Shown: positions 45,093-54,304 of the stretch, one piece after another
Layout: every line of letters begins with the position of its first letter
How positions within the stretch are numbered: position 1 is the stretch's first letter
Origin: a virus
Reading direction: 5' to 3' (one strand)
IMG/VR virus record: IMGVR_UViG_3300037010_002844
Coordinates: 1 to 64,000 of that record
Length of the DNA stretch: 64,000 nt
Program-made: the position numbers and the translations under genes
Notes under the pieces: model-generated
What the model was told of the DNA's origin: nothing
Seen by the model: only the letters and a program-made list of their open reading frames with translations
The model's database searches: none

Positions 45093-46211
45093 TCAGAAGC
45101 TTTTGATCTTCTGAATAACGCTCTCGTAGTCTCGAACATAGCCGCTGTTCTTGGGAATGCCGGCCTCGAGGACCTGCTTGACGTTGCCTTCCAACGACTT
45201 CACATAGAACTCCTTCATGGATTTCTTGACCGTTGCTAGCATCTGCTGCTCTGCAGCCTGGCGTTCCTCGGGCTTGGCTTGCTGTAGTTTATCGAGTCCC
45301 TTCAACGGCTTGCCGATCTTCTTCTGTAGCTCTTCCACCGACTTGGCGGTGCAGACGGCCTGAGCATGTTCCAACACTGTCTTCAAGGTATTGTGCACTG
45401 CCGCCCGCGCTTTCTTCTGCATACGCTGAGCCTCCGGCGAACTGAGCGCCTTCTTGACGACTTTTTCAGAGGTGATCAGGTCGACCACCTTCTGCTTCTT
45501 GTTTTTCTTTTGATCGTCCTCACGGATGACGCTCTCGTGAGTGCCACCGTAACCTCCGCCCCCGCCATAATCGAATCCGTACATATAGTCCATGCCCATC
45601 GTGCCGCCACCTCCATAGCCGCCCGCTGGTGATTCGAAGTGATCCTTGCTGCTTTTGCCAGTACCAAAGCCCCCGCCGATTGCCTTACGGACCTTTTCGA
45701 TCCACGAGTCCAGCGTGCCGCCCGACAGGATGCCCAACATTCTTAGCGCAACATCAGGGGCCTTCTTGGCCATGACGCCCGTCAGGACGGCACCAGGATA
45801 ACAGAAGAACGCCGTCAGCGCCACATCGGTCTGCTTGAAGGCGTCCCAGGTCGCTGCATAGACCTCACTGTACTCGTTGCGGATCTTGTCGAGCTCTTCC
45901 TTTTCCTTGTCGAAGATCTCCTTGTAATCAGACGTCAAGAAAGGCAGCAGGCTCGTCGCCACTGCCTCAAAGCCGACCTTGGCCAGGGTCTGAACGCGCT
46001 GGCTCATCTCCTTGGTCTTGCCAACGGCGACGTCGACCACGTCAACGAAAGGCTTAACAAACGCCTTGTAGAGCATATCGCCCGACGTGTAGTGAACGCC
46101 ATACGGCGTCATCGCGTAGGCAGCACTCATCACAGAGGCAACGTCGTCCCCCTCTTTCAGGACTGTTCTGACGTACTCACGTAGGACCTGATGTTCCTTG
46201 AGGCGCTTCAT
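45093..46211 (-). CDS. hypothetical protein with Gly/Tyr-rich low-complexity segment (372 aa)
   Basis: GGGFGTGKSS...AGGYGGGGTMGMDYMYGFDYGGGGGYGG. N-terminus MKRLKEHQVLREYVRTVL is a weak match to the shared motif. Confidence 0.4.
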   Translation of the reverse strand: MKRLKEHQVLREYVRTVLKEGDDVASVMSAAYAMTPYGVHYTSGDMLYKAFVKPFVDVVDVAVGKTKEMSQRVQTLAKVGFEAVATSLLPFLTSDYKEIFDKEKEELDKIRNEYSEVYAATWDAFKQTDVALTAFFCYPGAVLTGVMAKKAPDVALRMLGILSGGTLDSWIEKVRKAIGGGFGTGKSSKDHFESPAGGYGGGGTMGMDYMYGFDYGGGGGYGGTHESVIREDDQKKNKKQKVVDLITSEKVVKKALSSPEAQRMQKKARAAVHNTLKTVLEHAQAVCTAKSVEELQKKIGKPLKGLDKLQQAKPEERQAAEQQMLATVKKSMKEFYVKSLEGNVKQVLEAGIPKNSGYVRDYESVIQKIKSF

Positions 46212-46554
46212 CTCGACTAAATACCACCGGGCGCCCCGACATTTCAGACCAACGTCGCGCTAGTTCGTAACGGTTGATGTTGACTTCCTTGCGCAGGGGT
46301 GCCGGCAACGTCTTCAACAATTCACGATTGATGACCTTCCACTCATCCACGTGAGCGGCATACGTAAAGACATCAGCAAGGGCCTCGACTATTTTCGGGT
46401 CCATTCAGCAACTCCGACAGGATCTTGAGAGCTCGATACAGGTTCTGTCGAAGGAACTCAATGTCTGCGGCGTCCTGCACTTGGTCAACACTACCCGACA
46501 CTGGGTACTTGATTTCGATATAGAAATCCTCATCGACTGACGGTGGATTGGCCT

Positions 46555-47019
46555 TCACCCTTCCTCCTTATGAAAGGCCTCATGCAGGCGATTGACGGCC
46601 TCTGCAATCAACGCACGTTGGTAGGCGTGAATGATCGGCAGCTCGCCGACCCTGAACCAACGCGCGTCGGCGACCTCAGAATCTGGATCGCTGGCATCAG
46701 GCACCCGTGAGCACGATTGCTGTGCCAGGTACGAGACCACGGTCTTGTCTTCATGCTTGTAGCCGGCATACGCGTCAGGCAGACGATCCTCTAGGATGAC
46801 GTCAATTCCTGCTTCTTCACGGGTCTCACGGGTCGCGCACTGTTCCGGTGTCTCGCCTTCGTGCATGTGACCCTTGGGAATGCCCCACGAGTCCTTGTGA
46901 GCGAACTGCTTCACCAGCAAAATACACGTGTCATCCCAGGTTTCTCCAAACCTGTACACCAGCGTGCCACAAGAGATGGTCTTTCGGCGCTCCTTGTGCT
47001 CCTTGTTCTTTGCTCCCAT
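46555..47019 (-). CDS. Nudix hydrolase
   Basis: Nudix box GIPKGHMHEGETPEQCATRETREEAGI. Start at MGAKNKEH is preceded by GTGTAGGATAACTAGC. Confidence 0.7.
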   Translation of the reverse strand: MGAKNKEHKERRKTISCGTLVYRFGETWDDTCILLVKQFAHKDSWGIPKGHMHEGETPEQCATRETREEAGIDVILEDRLPDAYAGYKHEDKTVVSYLAQQSCSRVPDASDPDSEVADARWFRVGELPIIHAYQRALIAEAVNRLHEAFHKEEG

Positions 47020-47054
47020 GCTAGTTATCCTACACTGGATCCGGAGATTTTGAC

Positions 47055-47705
47055 ATGGCAACTATCGGTCTGATCGCGATGTCGGCGAAACCATTTCACG
47101 CAGGTCACGATGGCCTGGTGCGGTGGGCAGCCAAGGAAAATGATGAAGTCCACCTATACGTAAGCCTCAGCGATCGCATGCGGCCTGGTGAGCTGCCCAT
47201 CCTTGGCTCCGACATGGAGCAGATCTGGAAGAGGTTCATTGAGCCCTCGCTGCCAGGCAACGTCCGCGTGACGTACGGCGGTTCGCCTGTCCGAAACGTC
47301 TATGAAGACATTGGCGAGGCCAATGAGGCCGGCGACACCGAGGACATCTTCACCATCTACGCTGATCCCGAGGACCTTGCACAAAACTTCCCGGAAAAAT
47401 CGCTCGACAAGTATGCTGGAAACCTATTCCACAATGGGCAGATTATTCTGAAGCCGATCGAGAGGACCCAGACGGTTAACGTTAGCGGCACCAAGATGCG
47501 ACAGTTCCTGTCCACGGGAGACAAGAAGGGCTTCATTGCCAACCTGCCAAAAGAAATCGACCGCGAGGCCGTCTGGAACATCTTGTCGGCGCCCAAGGCC
47601 CCGGCAGCCCCTGCCAAAAAGCCTGCAGCGAAGAAGCTCACAAGCAAAAAGGTCAGGGGCGAGGCCTTGATCCGCGACTTCGTGTCTCGGTACCTAAAAG
47701 GCTGA
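47055..47705 (+). CDS. HxGH nucleotidyltransferase (NMN adenylyltransferase/NadM-like) with Ala/Lys-rich tail
   Basis: IGLIAMSAKPFHAGHDGLVRWAAKENDEVHLYVSLSDR resembles the archaeal-type NMNAT motif (G.F.GRF.PFH.GH...). C-terminal tail APAAPAKKPAAKKLTSKK. Confidence 0.55.
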   Translation: MATIGLIAMSAKPFHAGHDGLVRWAAKENDEVHLYVSLSDRMRPGELPILGSDMEQIWKRFIEPSLPGNVRVTYGGSPVRNVYEDIGEANEAGDTEDIFTIYADPEDLAQNFPEKSLDKYAGNLFHNGQIILKPIERTQTVNVSGTKMRQFLSTGDKKGFIANLPKEIDREAVWNILSAPKAPAAPAKKPAAKKLTSKKVRGEALIRDFVSRYLKG

Positions 47706-47707
47706 CG

Positions 47708-49093
47708 TCAGTTGTGAGGCAGCGTTAGGGCAAACCTGGGCTGCATCTGCGTGACCTTGTCGAACCGCAGGGCCTTCTTCAACATCGACTTGGGTATCAT
47801 CATGAACCCACGTGGGTTGACAACGATGACGCCGTCGGTCTCCGAGAAGACCTCGTTGACGTCGACCGAAAGGAACCACTCATTGAAGAACTCAGCTGGG
47901 TTCTCGAAGGCAGGGTCCTTTAGCGTCGACAGTAGCAGATCAATCTTCTCAAAGTCGGCCAGGATGTTCTTGGTGCCGGTGGACTTCTCTACCTTTTTGG
48001 CCACGTCGATGAACGTTGGCTTGTCGACCTTGACTTCCTTGTCGTTCAAGGCAACCCGCGTGTCAGGTTGGTCCTCCATTGACGTTTGGTTGCCGTGCTT
48101 CTGACGGAACTGCTGCAGTGCCTTGAGCACGCCGCGGAGGGCAATGAATCTGTCCCGCGAGATCTCACCCTTGCCGACGATCATCTCATAGTCGTCTTCC
48201 ACGAAGACGTTGACGTAGTCGACGATCCGCTTGTCAGTCTCATCTAGCTCGCCGGGTTGCAGGAACCCCGAGCGCCGGGCCAGGATCGAAAAGTTACGCA
48301 GTTGCTGGACGATGCCCTCGAGGCGCTTCTTGGCGCGCTTGAATGCCTTGCGACCTTCAGTGCCCGGGCGAATGGTGTCTGAGGATTTCTTGAGCTCCTT
48401 GACCTCCCAAATGCGACCGTCAGGAGTGACAACGTCGAATGGAACGCCGCCGCCCTGGACCTGGCCGCCAAACAGCCAGGCCAGCCACTGCTCGCCTGGG
48501 CCCACGTTCTTGTCATTGGCATCATGGTAGATCAACTTTGACGATCCTATCGGGGGCCAGGCGTACCACCTCAGTGGCTTGACGCTGTCGATTGACAGGC
48601 GGACTGCCTTCCCATTCGGGGGCATCACCTTATCGGCCGCAGTTTTGGCACCGCCGGACCGAGCCCGGACGTAACCGCGAAGTTCAGGATTGTACTCAGC
48701 GTATTCCGTCTCGGCCTTGGCGAGCTGCTTCTCAAGCGTCGGCCGTTTGGTCTGCGCCAGCTTGACATCGTACCGCGTCGCGGGGTTGCTCATCAACTCC
48801 TTGCGCGCATTGTCCTTGCTGATCTTCTTGGAGGCCCTAAGGGCATCGACAGCGGCCGGAAAGTTGACGCGTCGCTTTTCGTTTTCATCCCAGGCCTTGA
48901 GCTCAGCCTGCGCGGCCTCGTAGCGCTCCTTGGCAGCCTTCTCGAGGGCGTCAAATTCCTCGCCGGCCTTGAACGTTGAGGTGGGCAAGGACTGTGACTC
49001 ATCGTCAGCCTCAACGATGAGCTTCTCGACCAGCATCTGTCGAATAATGTGCCGCAGCACCTCAGGAATCTTCTTCTGGATGATCGTCGGCAT
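47708..49093 (-). CDS. N-terminal targeting-motif family protein (461 aa)
   Basis: MPTIIQKKIPEVLRHIIRQMLVEKL. Confidence 0.45.
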   Translation of the reverse strand: MPTIIQKKIPEVLRHIIRQMLVEKLIVEADDESQSLPTSTFKAGEEFDALEKAAKERYEAAQAELKAWDENEKRRVNFPAAVDALRASKKISKDNARKELMSNPATRYDVKLAQTKRPTLEKQLAKAETEYAEYNPELRGYVRARSGGAKTAADKVMPPNGKAVRLSIDSVKPLRWYAWPPIGSSKLIYHDANDKNVGPGEQWLAWLFGGQVQGGGVPFDVVTPDGRIWEVKELKKSSDTIRPGTEGRKAFKRAKKRLEGIVQQLRNFSILARRSGFLQPGELDETDKRIVDYVNVFVEDDYEMIVGKGEISRDRFIALRGVLKALQQFRQKHGNQTSMEDQPDTRVALNDKEVKVDKPTFIDVAKKVEKSTGTKNILADFEKIDLLLSTLKDPAFENPAEFFNEWFLSVDVNEVFSETDGVIVVNPRGFMMIPKSMLKKALRFDKVTQMQPRFALTLPHN

Positions 49094-49096
49094 AGT

Positions 49097-51217
49097 CTAA
49101 GTCTCCTTGCCACTAGCTATCATATCGATATAGCGGAGTGCACTATCAGGGTCATCTCCCAGCATGTGGGGCGTCTTAGCCACCAACTCCCTCATTTCCT
49201 GAGCAAACGTGGCAAGAATCTCAGGTGCGAGCCTATTGAGCAGCGGCGAGCGCCTGAGCGCTGCGGCCACGTCTTCGATGCGGCGGAGATCGTCAGCCTT
49301 GACGCCCTTGCCGAACATCACAGAGGCAATCTTGTTGGGATCGTCGCTGACCAGCTCACGCTCCACCGTGCGCCAGTCCTTGAGTGGTGGCTTGCCGGGC
49401 GTTTTGTTACGCTTGGTCTGGACGACCTTGAACAGGCCTTTGTCGAAGTCAACACTGTAACGCGTGCGATCAAGGTCGGTCTGCTGGCCTGGGAACTGCT
49501 GAGCCGCCGCGAACCTATTGATGACGTTGAGCAACACATTGCGACCGACGCCCTTGACGGGCGAGTAGTCCACGTGGCCCGGATCAGGTGAGGTTCCGAA
49601 GCGGGACCAGGTCATGTAGCCGACCTTGCCCATCATCACGTCAACCTGCACGTGAGTCCCAGACGAGGGAACCAGATAGCTGATAGAGACGATGTTCGAT
49701 CCGATCTTCTCGACTGAAGACTTGCCAAACATGTCGACGGCGGCAGCGTAGAGTTCATCGCGGGTCCCAGGATATTCTGCCGCCAGGTCGATGTCGCCCA
49801 TCAGCTGCTTCTTGCCCGTGGTGCCAATAAATTCGACCTTGGTGCAGCCCAGTGCCATCAGGTCGGCCTTCAACTGAGGCCAAACAGAACGAAAGTCCTG
49901 CAGTGAGATTGGGCCCACGTTGTCAAAGGCATGGCCGCCCTCACGGAGGAGGCGGCTAATAGCGGCGCGTAGACGTGCCTCGCCAATGTCCATTTTCGGG
50001 ATGCCCTTGCGTCCGTACTTGAACAATGACAAGATCTGGTGAGCTGGCGCAAATGCGCCCGTAAACTTGTAGGCCTTGCCCTTGTAGAAGAAGACCATGC
50101 CTTCCATCGCCGCACTGATATTTTCAACGCGGCCCAGGCGAGACATTTCCTTCTGCAGGACGTCCATCGCTGCTGCGTTACCTGAGGCCTCGATTGCCCT
50201 GATCGCCTTCTGCAACTGCGCACGGAGACGGGCGACCTCCTCGTCAGACTTGGAGATCAACGTCGAGTCAACACCACGGAGCACCTCAATTGCAAAATCC
50301 GTGATCGCCTGTTCGATGGGCTGGACCATACGCTTCAGAAGGTCTTCGGAACGCTTGACGAAGTCAGCAGCGACAGCTTGCTGTTCCTTAGGCAGCATCT
50401 TCTTGATCTCCGGCACGCCTGGAGCTCCGGGCGCCGTGATCGACCTCTCAACAACGGCGGCGGCGGCAGACTTGGGCAGCCCGAGCTCTGCGACCTCCTG
50501 CGACATCAGGACACGCAGGTAGTCATAGACCGTGTTGGAATCATCGACGCCCGCAGTGGCCATTGCCGCATCAATCCGCGAGATGGCCTTGGCTGCCACG
50601 CTGCCATCCGACAATCGCTTCAAGTTGAGCAGAGAGGGCCCGCGGACTCGCCAGTCGCGGAGCGAGATCGCCTTCTGCATCTGGTCAACGCGCCTTGAAA
50701 GCAGCTCAACACCGGTGTCATCGTCGGTCTGGTCGACGCTGCCGTCCTTGTTGACCTGAAAGATAGGCCACCCGTGAAAAATGATGCTGTTGGAATCGTA
50801 GATGATGGTATTGGGCTCTGGGGAGTAGATGATCTCCATTGAGTACCACCGCGTGCCCGTCTCGCCAAAGACCTTGATTGCGTCCTGCTTGCCGAGCGAT
50901 CCTAGGGCATCATTTAGGACCTTAAAGGCCGAATTGAAGGCGACCTCCACATTTCCGCGTCCGAAGAACTTCTTCGCCAGGCCCGCCGCGTCCATGCCTC
51001 CTCCCTTGATGTCACTGCCGGTGCGGGCGACCTTCAGGCGACCCTCCGACACGTCGTAGGTGAAGACGAGGTTCATGCCATCGAGCTTCTCAGAAGCCTT
51101 CTCCAGTTTGCCCTCCGAGGCATTGGTGATGACCTCTTTGATCTCGCCAAAGGTTAGCTCCAGATTTTCGTACAGGTGTTGCAGGTGACCTGCAGCACCG
51201 CCTTCATTCAGGATCAT
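49097..51217 (-). CDS. large protein with covalent nucleotidyltransferase (RNA/DNA-ligase-like) motifs (706 aa)
   Basis: EKLDGMNLVF (motif I, KxDGxN, Rnl2-like) and EGMVFFYKGKAYKFTG (motifs IV-V, EGxVxK...KxK). Confidence 0.4.
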   Translation of the reverse strand: MILNEGGAAGHLQHLYENLELTFGEIKEVITNASEGKLEKASEKLDGMNLVFTYDVSEGRLKVARTGSDIKGGGMDAAGLAKKFFGRGNVEVAFNSAFKVLNDALGSLGKQDAIKVFGETGTRWYSMEIIYSPEPNTIIYDSNSIIFHGWPIFQVNKDGSVDQTDDDTGVELLSRRVDQMQKAISLRDWRVRGPSLLNLKRLSDGSVAAKAISRIDAAMATAGVDDSNTVYDYLRVLMSQEVAELGLPKSAAAAVVERSITAPGAPGVPEIKKMLPKEQQAVAADFVKRSEDLLKRMVQPIEQAITDFAIEVLRGVDSTLISKSDEEVARLRAQLQKAIRAIEASGNAAAMDVLQKEMSRLGRVENISAAMEGMVFFYKGKAYKFTGAFAPAHQILSLFKYGRKGIPKMDIGEARLRAAISRLLREGGHAFDNVGPISLQDFRSVWPQLKADLMALGCTKVEFIGTTGKKQLMGDIDLAAEYPGTRDELYAAAVDMFGKSSVEKIGSNIVSISYLVPSSGTHVQVDVMMGKVGYMTWSRFGTSPDPGHVDYSPVKGVGRNVLLNVINRFAAAQQFPGQQTDLDRTRYSVDFDKGLFKVVQTKRNKTPGKPPLKDWRTVERELVSDDPNKIASVMFGKGVKADDLRRIEDVAAALRRSPLLNRLAPEILATFAQEMRELVAKTPHMLGDDPDSALRYIDMIASGKET

Positions 51218-51483
51218 TTCTTCTTCGCCTTTTCTGCGGCGCGCCTCGCTGACTTCAACTCTGCCTTCAGGCGAGCGACCACGCGGGCATAGTTGGCTCG
51301 TGCCTCAGAACCTTTACGTTGCTTGTCACGCCACCGCGTCAGATCAGCAATGCGGGCCTCGAGGTCCTTGATGTGCTTCGTTGATCCGTGTGGAACCCTC
51401 GTGCCATCGGAAACGTCGGCCTCACGCATCCGGGCCTCAGCCACCAACTGGATGTACTCGACCAACGTTTCCTTCTCAGCCAT
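51214..51483 (-). CDS. small coiled-coil protein (89 aa)
   Basis: ORF, ATGA-coupled. Confidence 0.35.
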   Translation of the reverse strand: MAEKETLVEYIQLVAEARMREADVSDGTRVPHGSTKHIKDLEARIADLTRWRDKQRKGSEARANYARVVARLKAELKSARRAAEKAKKK

Positions 51484-51717
51484 GTGCCATCTCCAGTTCA
51501 GCCTTGTCGACGGCCGAATTGACTGAACCCCAGACGAACATCCTCACGTGATCGTCTTCGATCTTCTGGTCAGGTGACAGGCCGAACTGATACCTGATCC
51601 TGTCGATCAGCCCTTGGGTCATTCCGACCTCGAGTTCGCCGCCCCTTGGCAGAGAGATCACCCTTGTTTCAATGATTGGTTGCATGCGTGTACCCTAAAC
51701 TGAGATTGTCAGATTGA

Positions 51718-52314
51718 TCACTTCTTCTTGGGAGTGATCGGGACCGGTCCTGAGGTGTCCTCAGCGCCCGGCTTCTTGCTCGTCTTGGGCTGCTGCGACT
51801 TGATGACGTTGGGCTTGATGTGCTTGACCTGCGCTGGCTCCGGGCCCTTTTTCATCTTGACGTCTGCGGGCTTCTCGCTCGGGTCAGAGGCCTGCTGCGC
51901 CGCAATCTCGCCTGTCACAATCTGCGAGATGCCCTTCAGGAAGGCCAACAGCGCGGTCTTCTCTGCGTCTGACAGGGACTCCACGTACTGCTGCATGTTG
52001 CCTTTGACCTTCTCGTCGCGGAAGGAGTGGCCTGAACGAATCGCGTTGAGCTTTTCGATGACATCGTCAGCACTGACCTTGCCCGATTCCATCGCCTCCT
52101 CATCGTCATCACCTGTCTTTGACGAGTGATCAACGTCAGGAGCCTTGTCGGGCGCCTCATCAGGGTCTGTCGACGTCATTGACGATGACAACGAATCCTG
52201 CTTTTCTTTTTCCTGCAGCGAACGCTGGTACAGCGCCTGCTTCACTGCCTCCTCAACGAGCGTGTCGAAGAAGACGCCGAGGCTCTTACCTGTCTTCAGT
52301 TTCTGTGTCATCAC
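51718..52314 (-). CDS. acidic hypothetical protein (198 aa)
   Basis: ORF with charged low-complexity tail. Confidence 0.4.
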   Translation of the reverse strand: MMTQKLKTGKSLGVFFDTLVEEAVKQALYQRSLQEKEKQDSLSSSMTSTDPDEAPDKAPDVDHSSKTGDDDEEAMESGKVSADDVIEKLNAIRSGHSFRDEKVKGNMQQYVESLSDAEKTALLAFLKGISQIVTGEIAAQQASDPSEKPADVKMKKGPEPAQVKHIKPNVIKSQQPKTSKKPGAEDTSGPVPITPKKK

Positions 52315-52781
52315 TTGCCTCCGACGCGGGTGCGGTTTGCAGGCGTCTCGCGGTACTTCTTGTTGTAGATGCGCTGTGGCGTGTCCTTGGCCACGACGGT
52401 GCGCGATGCGGCCTCCTTGATCAAGGTGGCGTCCATGAACTTGTCGAACGAACCGATGATCTGATCGCTCGTCGATCGACGACGGGCTGATTCAGCGAGG
52501 CCCGTGGCGGGCTCGGCGGGGCAGCCTGGGGCGTGTGGCTCGTTTTCTAGCGCTCCACATTCACCGCACGGAGGAGCGCCTTCCGGTGCCAGTGGCTCAC
52601 GGTAGAGCTCGCTCTCGGCGCAGCGCTCGCAACTGCAGTCACAATCCACGTCTTCATAGTTGTAGTCGGCGCTAGGAGCGTAGCATCCCGAATCATAGCT
52701 GCAACAATGGCTTTTCATGGCAAGAACGTCCTCAGGTCGTAAATAGGTCACTCGCGGCGCAGCTGCATGGACACAGTGCAC
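52311..52781 (-). CDS. cysteine-rich putative zinc-binding protein (156 aa)
   Basis: CCSYDSGCY...DCDCSCERC...CGECG. Confidence 0.4.
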   Translation of the reverse strand: MHCVHAAAPRVTYLRPEDVLAMKSHCCSYDSGCYAPSADYNYEDVDCDCSCERCAESELYREPLAPEGAPPCGECGALENEPHAPGCPAEPATGLAESARRRSTSDQIIGSFDKFMDATLIKEAASRTVVAKDTPQRIYNKKYRETPANRTRVGGK

Positions 52782-53160
52782 ATCCCTCTTTGTGGATCGA
52801 GATCCTGCAGACCGAGGCCTTGAATGATCATCGGCCCCTCGACGCGGTGGATTTCCTCGCCAAAGTGTAGCTCAAAGCCCGCAATCTTCAATGAAGTCCC
52901 GGCTTGAACTAGGCCGTAACCATCCTCGATCGTCACTCTTGCCTCGAGATCGTGAACCTCGACCACGGCCTTTTCAGCACGATACGATTTGACCGAGCCG
53001 ACGACGGTCTCGATGCCAGCGCCCACCTGGACTCCGATAACGGCAATAATGAAGCCTAGGGGTTGCTGTGACTTTTCCGCATCATCGAGGTGACCCTCGA
53101 GGATCTCGCTCATCAGGACTCTGCTAGTGTCAGCCTTTGCTTCCATCTCCCAATCTTACA

Positions 53161-53532
53161 TCAATCGGGCCGCATGGCGAGGTCCTTGTAGACGTCGTCA
53201 GCGTACTTAGCAAATTCCTTGTCGAGTTCTGTGACCTGCTCGATGTCCCTCGTCAGCAGCTCCACCTTCACGGTATCCTCATCTAGGGTCAACCGCGCGT
53301 GGTGTCCAACCTGTTCCTCGTATTCCATCAAGGCCAACACAAAGGGATTGCGATCAGACTGCCTGCGAAACTTATACGTCTTCGTCAGATGGGCTGGCGA
53401 GCCTTCCTTGACCCAACGATCCATCGGCACCACGGGCAGTTCAACCCTACGGGTATTGACGGGCAGGCGACCGAATTGCATCGGTCTTCGCGCCACGTTG
53501 ATGAACTCCTCGTGTAGGTCCGTCAACTTCAC
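53161..53532 (-). CDS. hypothetical protein (123 aa)
   Basis: ORF only. Confidence 0.35.
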   Translation of the reverse strand: MKLTDLHEEFINVARRPMQFGRLPVNTRRVELPVVPMDRWVKEGSPAHLTKTYKFRRQSDRNPFVLALMEYEEQVGHHARLTLDEDTVKVELLTRDIEQVTELDKEFAKYADDVYKDLAMRPD

Positions 53533-54296
53533 AGCAACACCACTCCACCGACGACGGCCGACTCTGTGAAGGAAGAGCCATTGGTCCAGATCCGACGATC
53601 GCGGTCAATGATGCAGGAACCGCCCTTCCACTTCAGGTCACGTTCTTCACCCACGCGGTTGCTGACGATCAAGTTGGCTCGAGTGTCCTCGACCAGCTCG
53701 ACCCAGGCCGAGTCAGGATAACCGAAGGCAGCGCCCCAGTTGGTCAACAGTGCAATGGTGTCGACTGAGCCTTTGGGATAGAACTTGTGACCGGGCTTGA
53801 AGAACTGGTACGATTCCCGGTACTTGTTCATGGCATCCCGACAGATCAGCACACCCAGGCGACCGACCGGAGTTACCAGGACCTCATGTTGAACATCTGA
53901 AGGCTGCGCCCAAAGATTGTCATTGCCCCATAGGTTGTGTTTCTGCGAATTTCCTACGAGGCCTCCAGGGCCCACGGTAGCCGCTGAGTTGTACAGCATG
54001 CCTTCGCGGAGCTCTGGATAACCGAAGACGATGTGACAGTTGAACCGTCGAGCGATCGGCAGGAACGCTTCTGTTTGGTACCCATCACGGGTCTGAGCGC
54101 ACTCCATCGCCTCGCGGGGATTGCGGAAGACATAGCCGGAGGTGCAGAGCTCGGGCAACACGATCACGCGAGCGCCCTTTGCAGCAGCCTCGAAGGCCAA
54201 CTGCTGCGCTGTCGCGAGGTTCTGCCTCACGTCGAACAGCTTAGGCTCGAACTGAACTGCTGCAACAATTACTGCGTTAGGTTGCCCGAAGTCCAT
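53529..54296 (-). CDS. carbon-nitrogen hydrolase (nitrilase superfamily)
   Basis: AVQFEP...RVIVLPELCTSGY...GVLICRDAMN has the CN-hydrolase Glu/Lys/Cys layout. Confidence 0.6.
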   Translation of the reverse strand: MDFGQPNAVIVAAVQFEPKLFDVRQNLATAQQLAFEAAAKGARVIVLPELCTSGYVFRNPREAMECAQTRDGYQTEAFLPIARRFNCHIVFGYPELREGMLYNSAATVGPGGLVGNSQKHNLWGNDNLWAQPSDVQHEVLVTPVGRLGVLICRDAMNKYRESYQFFKPGHKFYPKGSVDTIALLTNWGAAFGYPDSAWVELVEDTRANLIVSNRVGEERDLKWKGGSCIIDRDRRIWTNGSSFTESAVVGGVVLL

Positions 54297-54304
54297 GCAT
54301 CACC

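Noticed and set aside
45366-45667. ORFs 45366..45632 (+) and 45476..45667 (-)
   Set aside because: Both are nested within or antisense to the Gly/Tyr-rich gene 45093..46211 and have no independent support.
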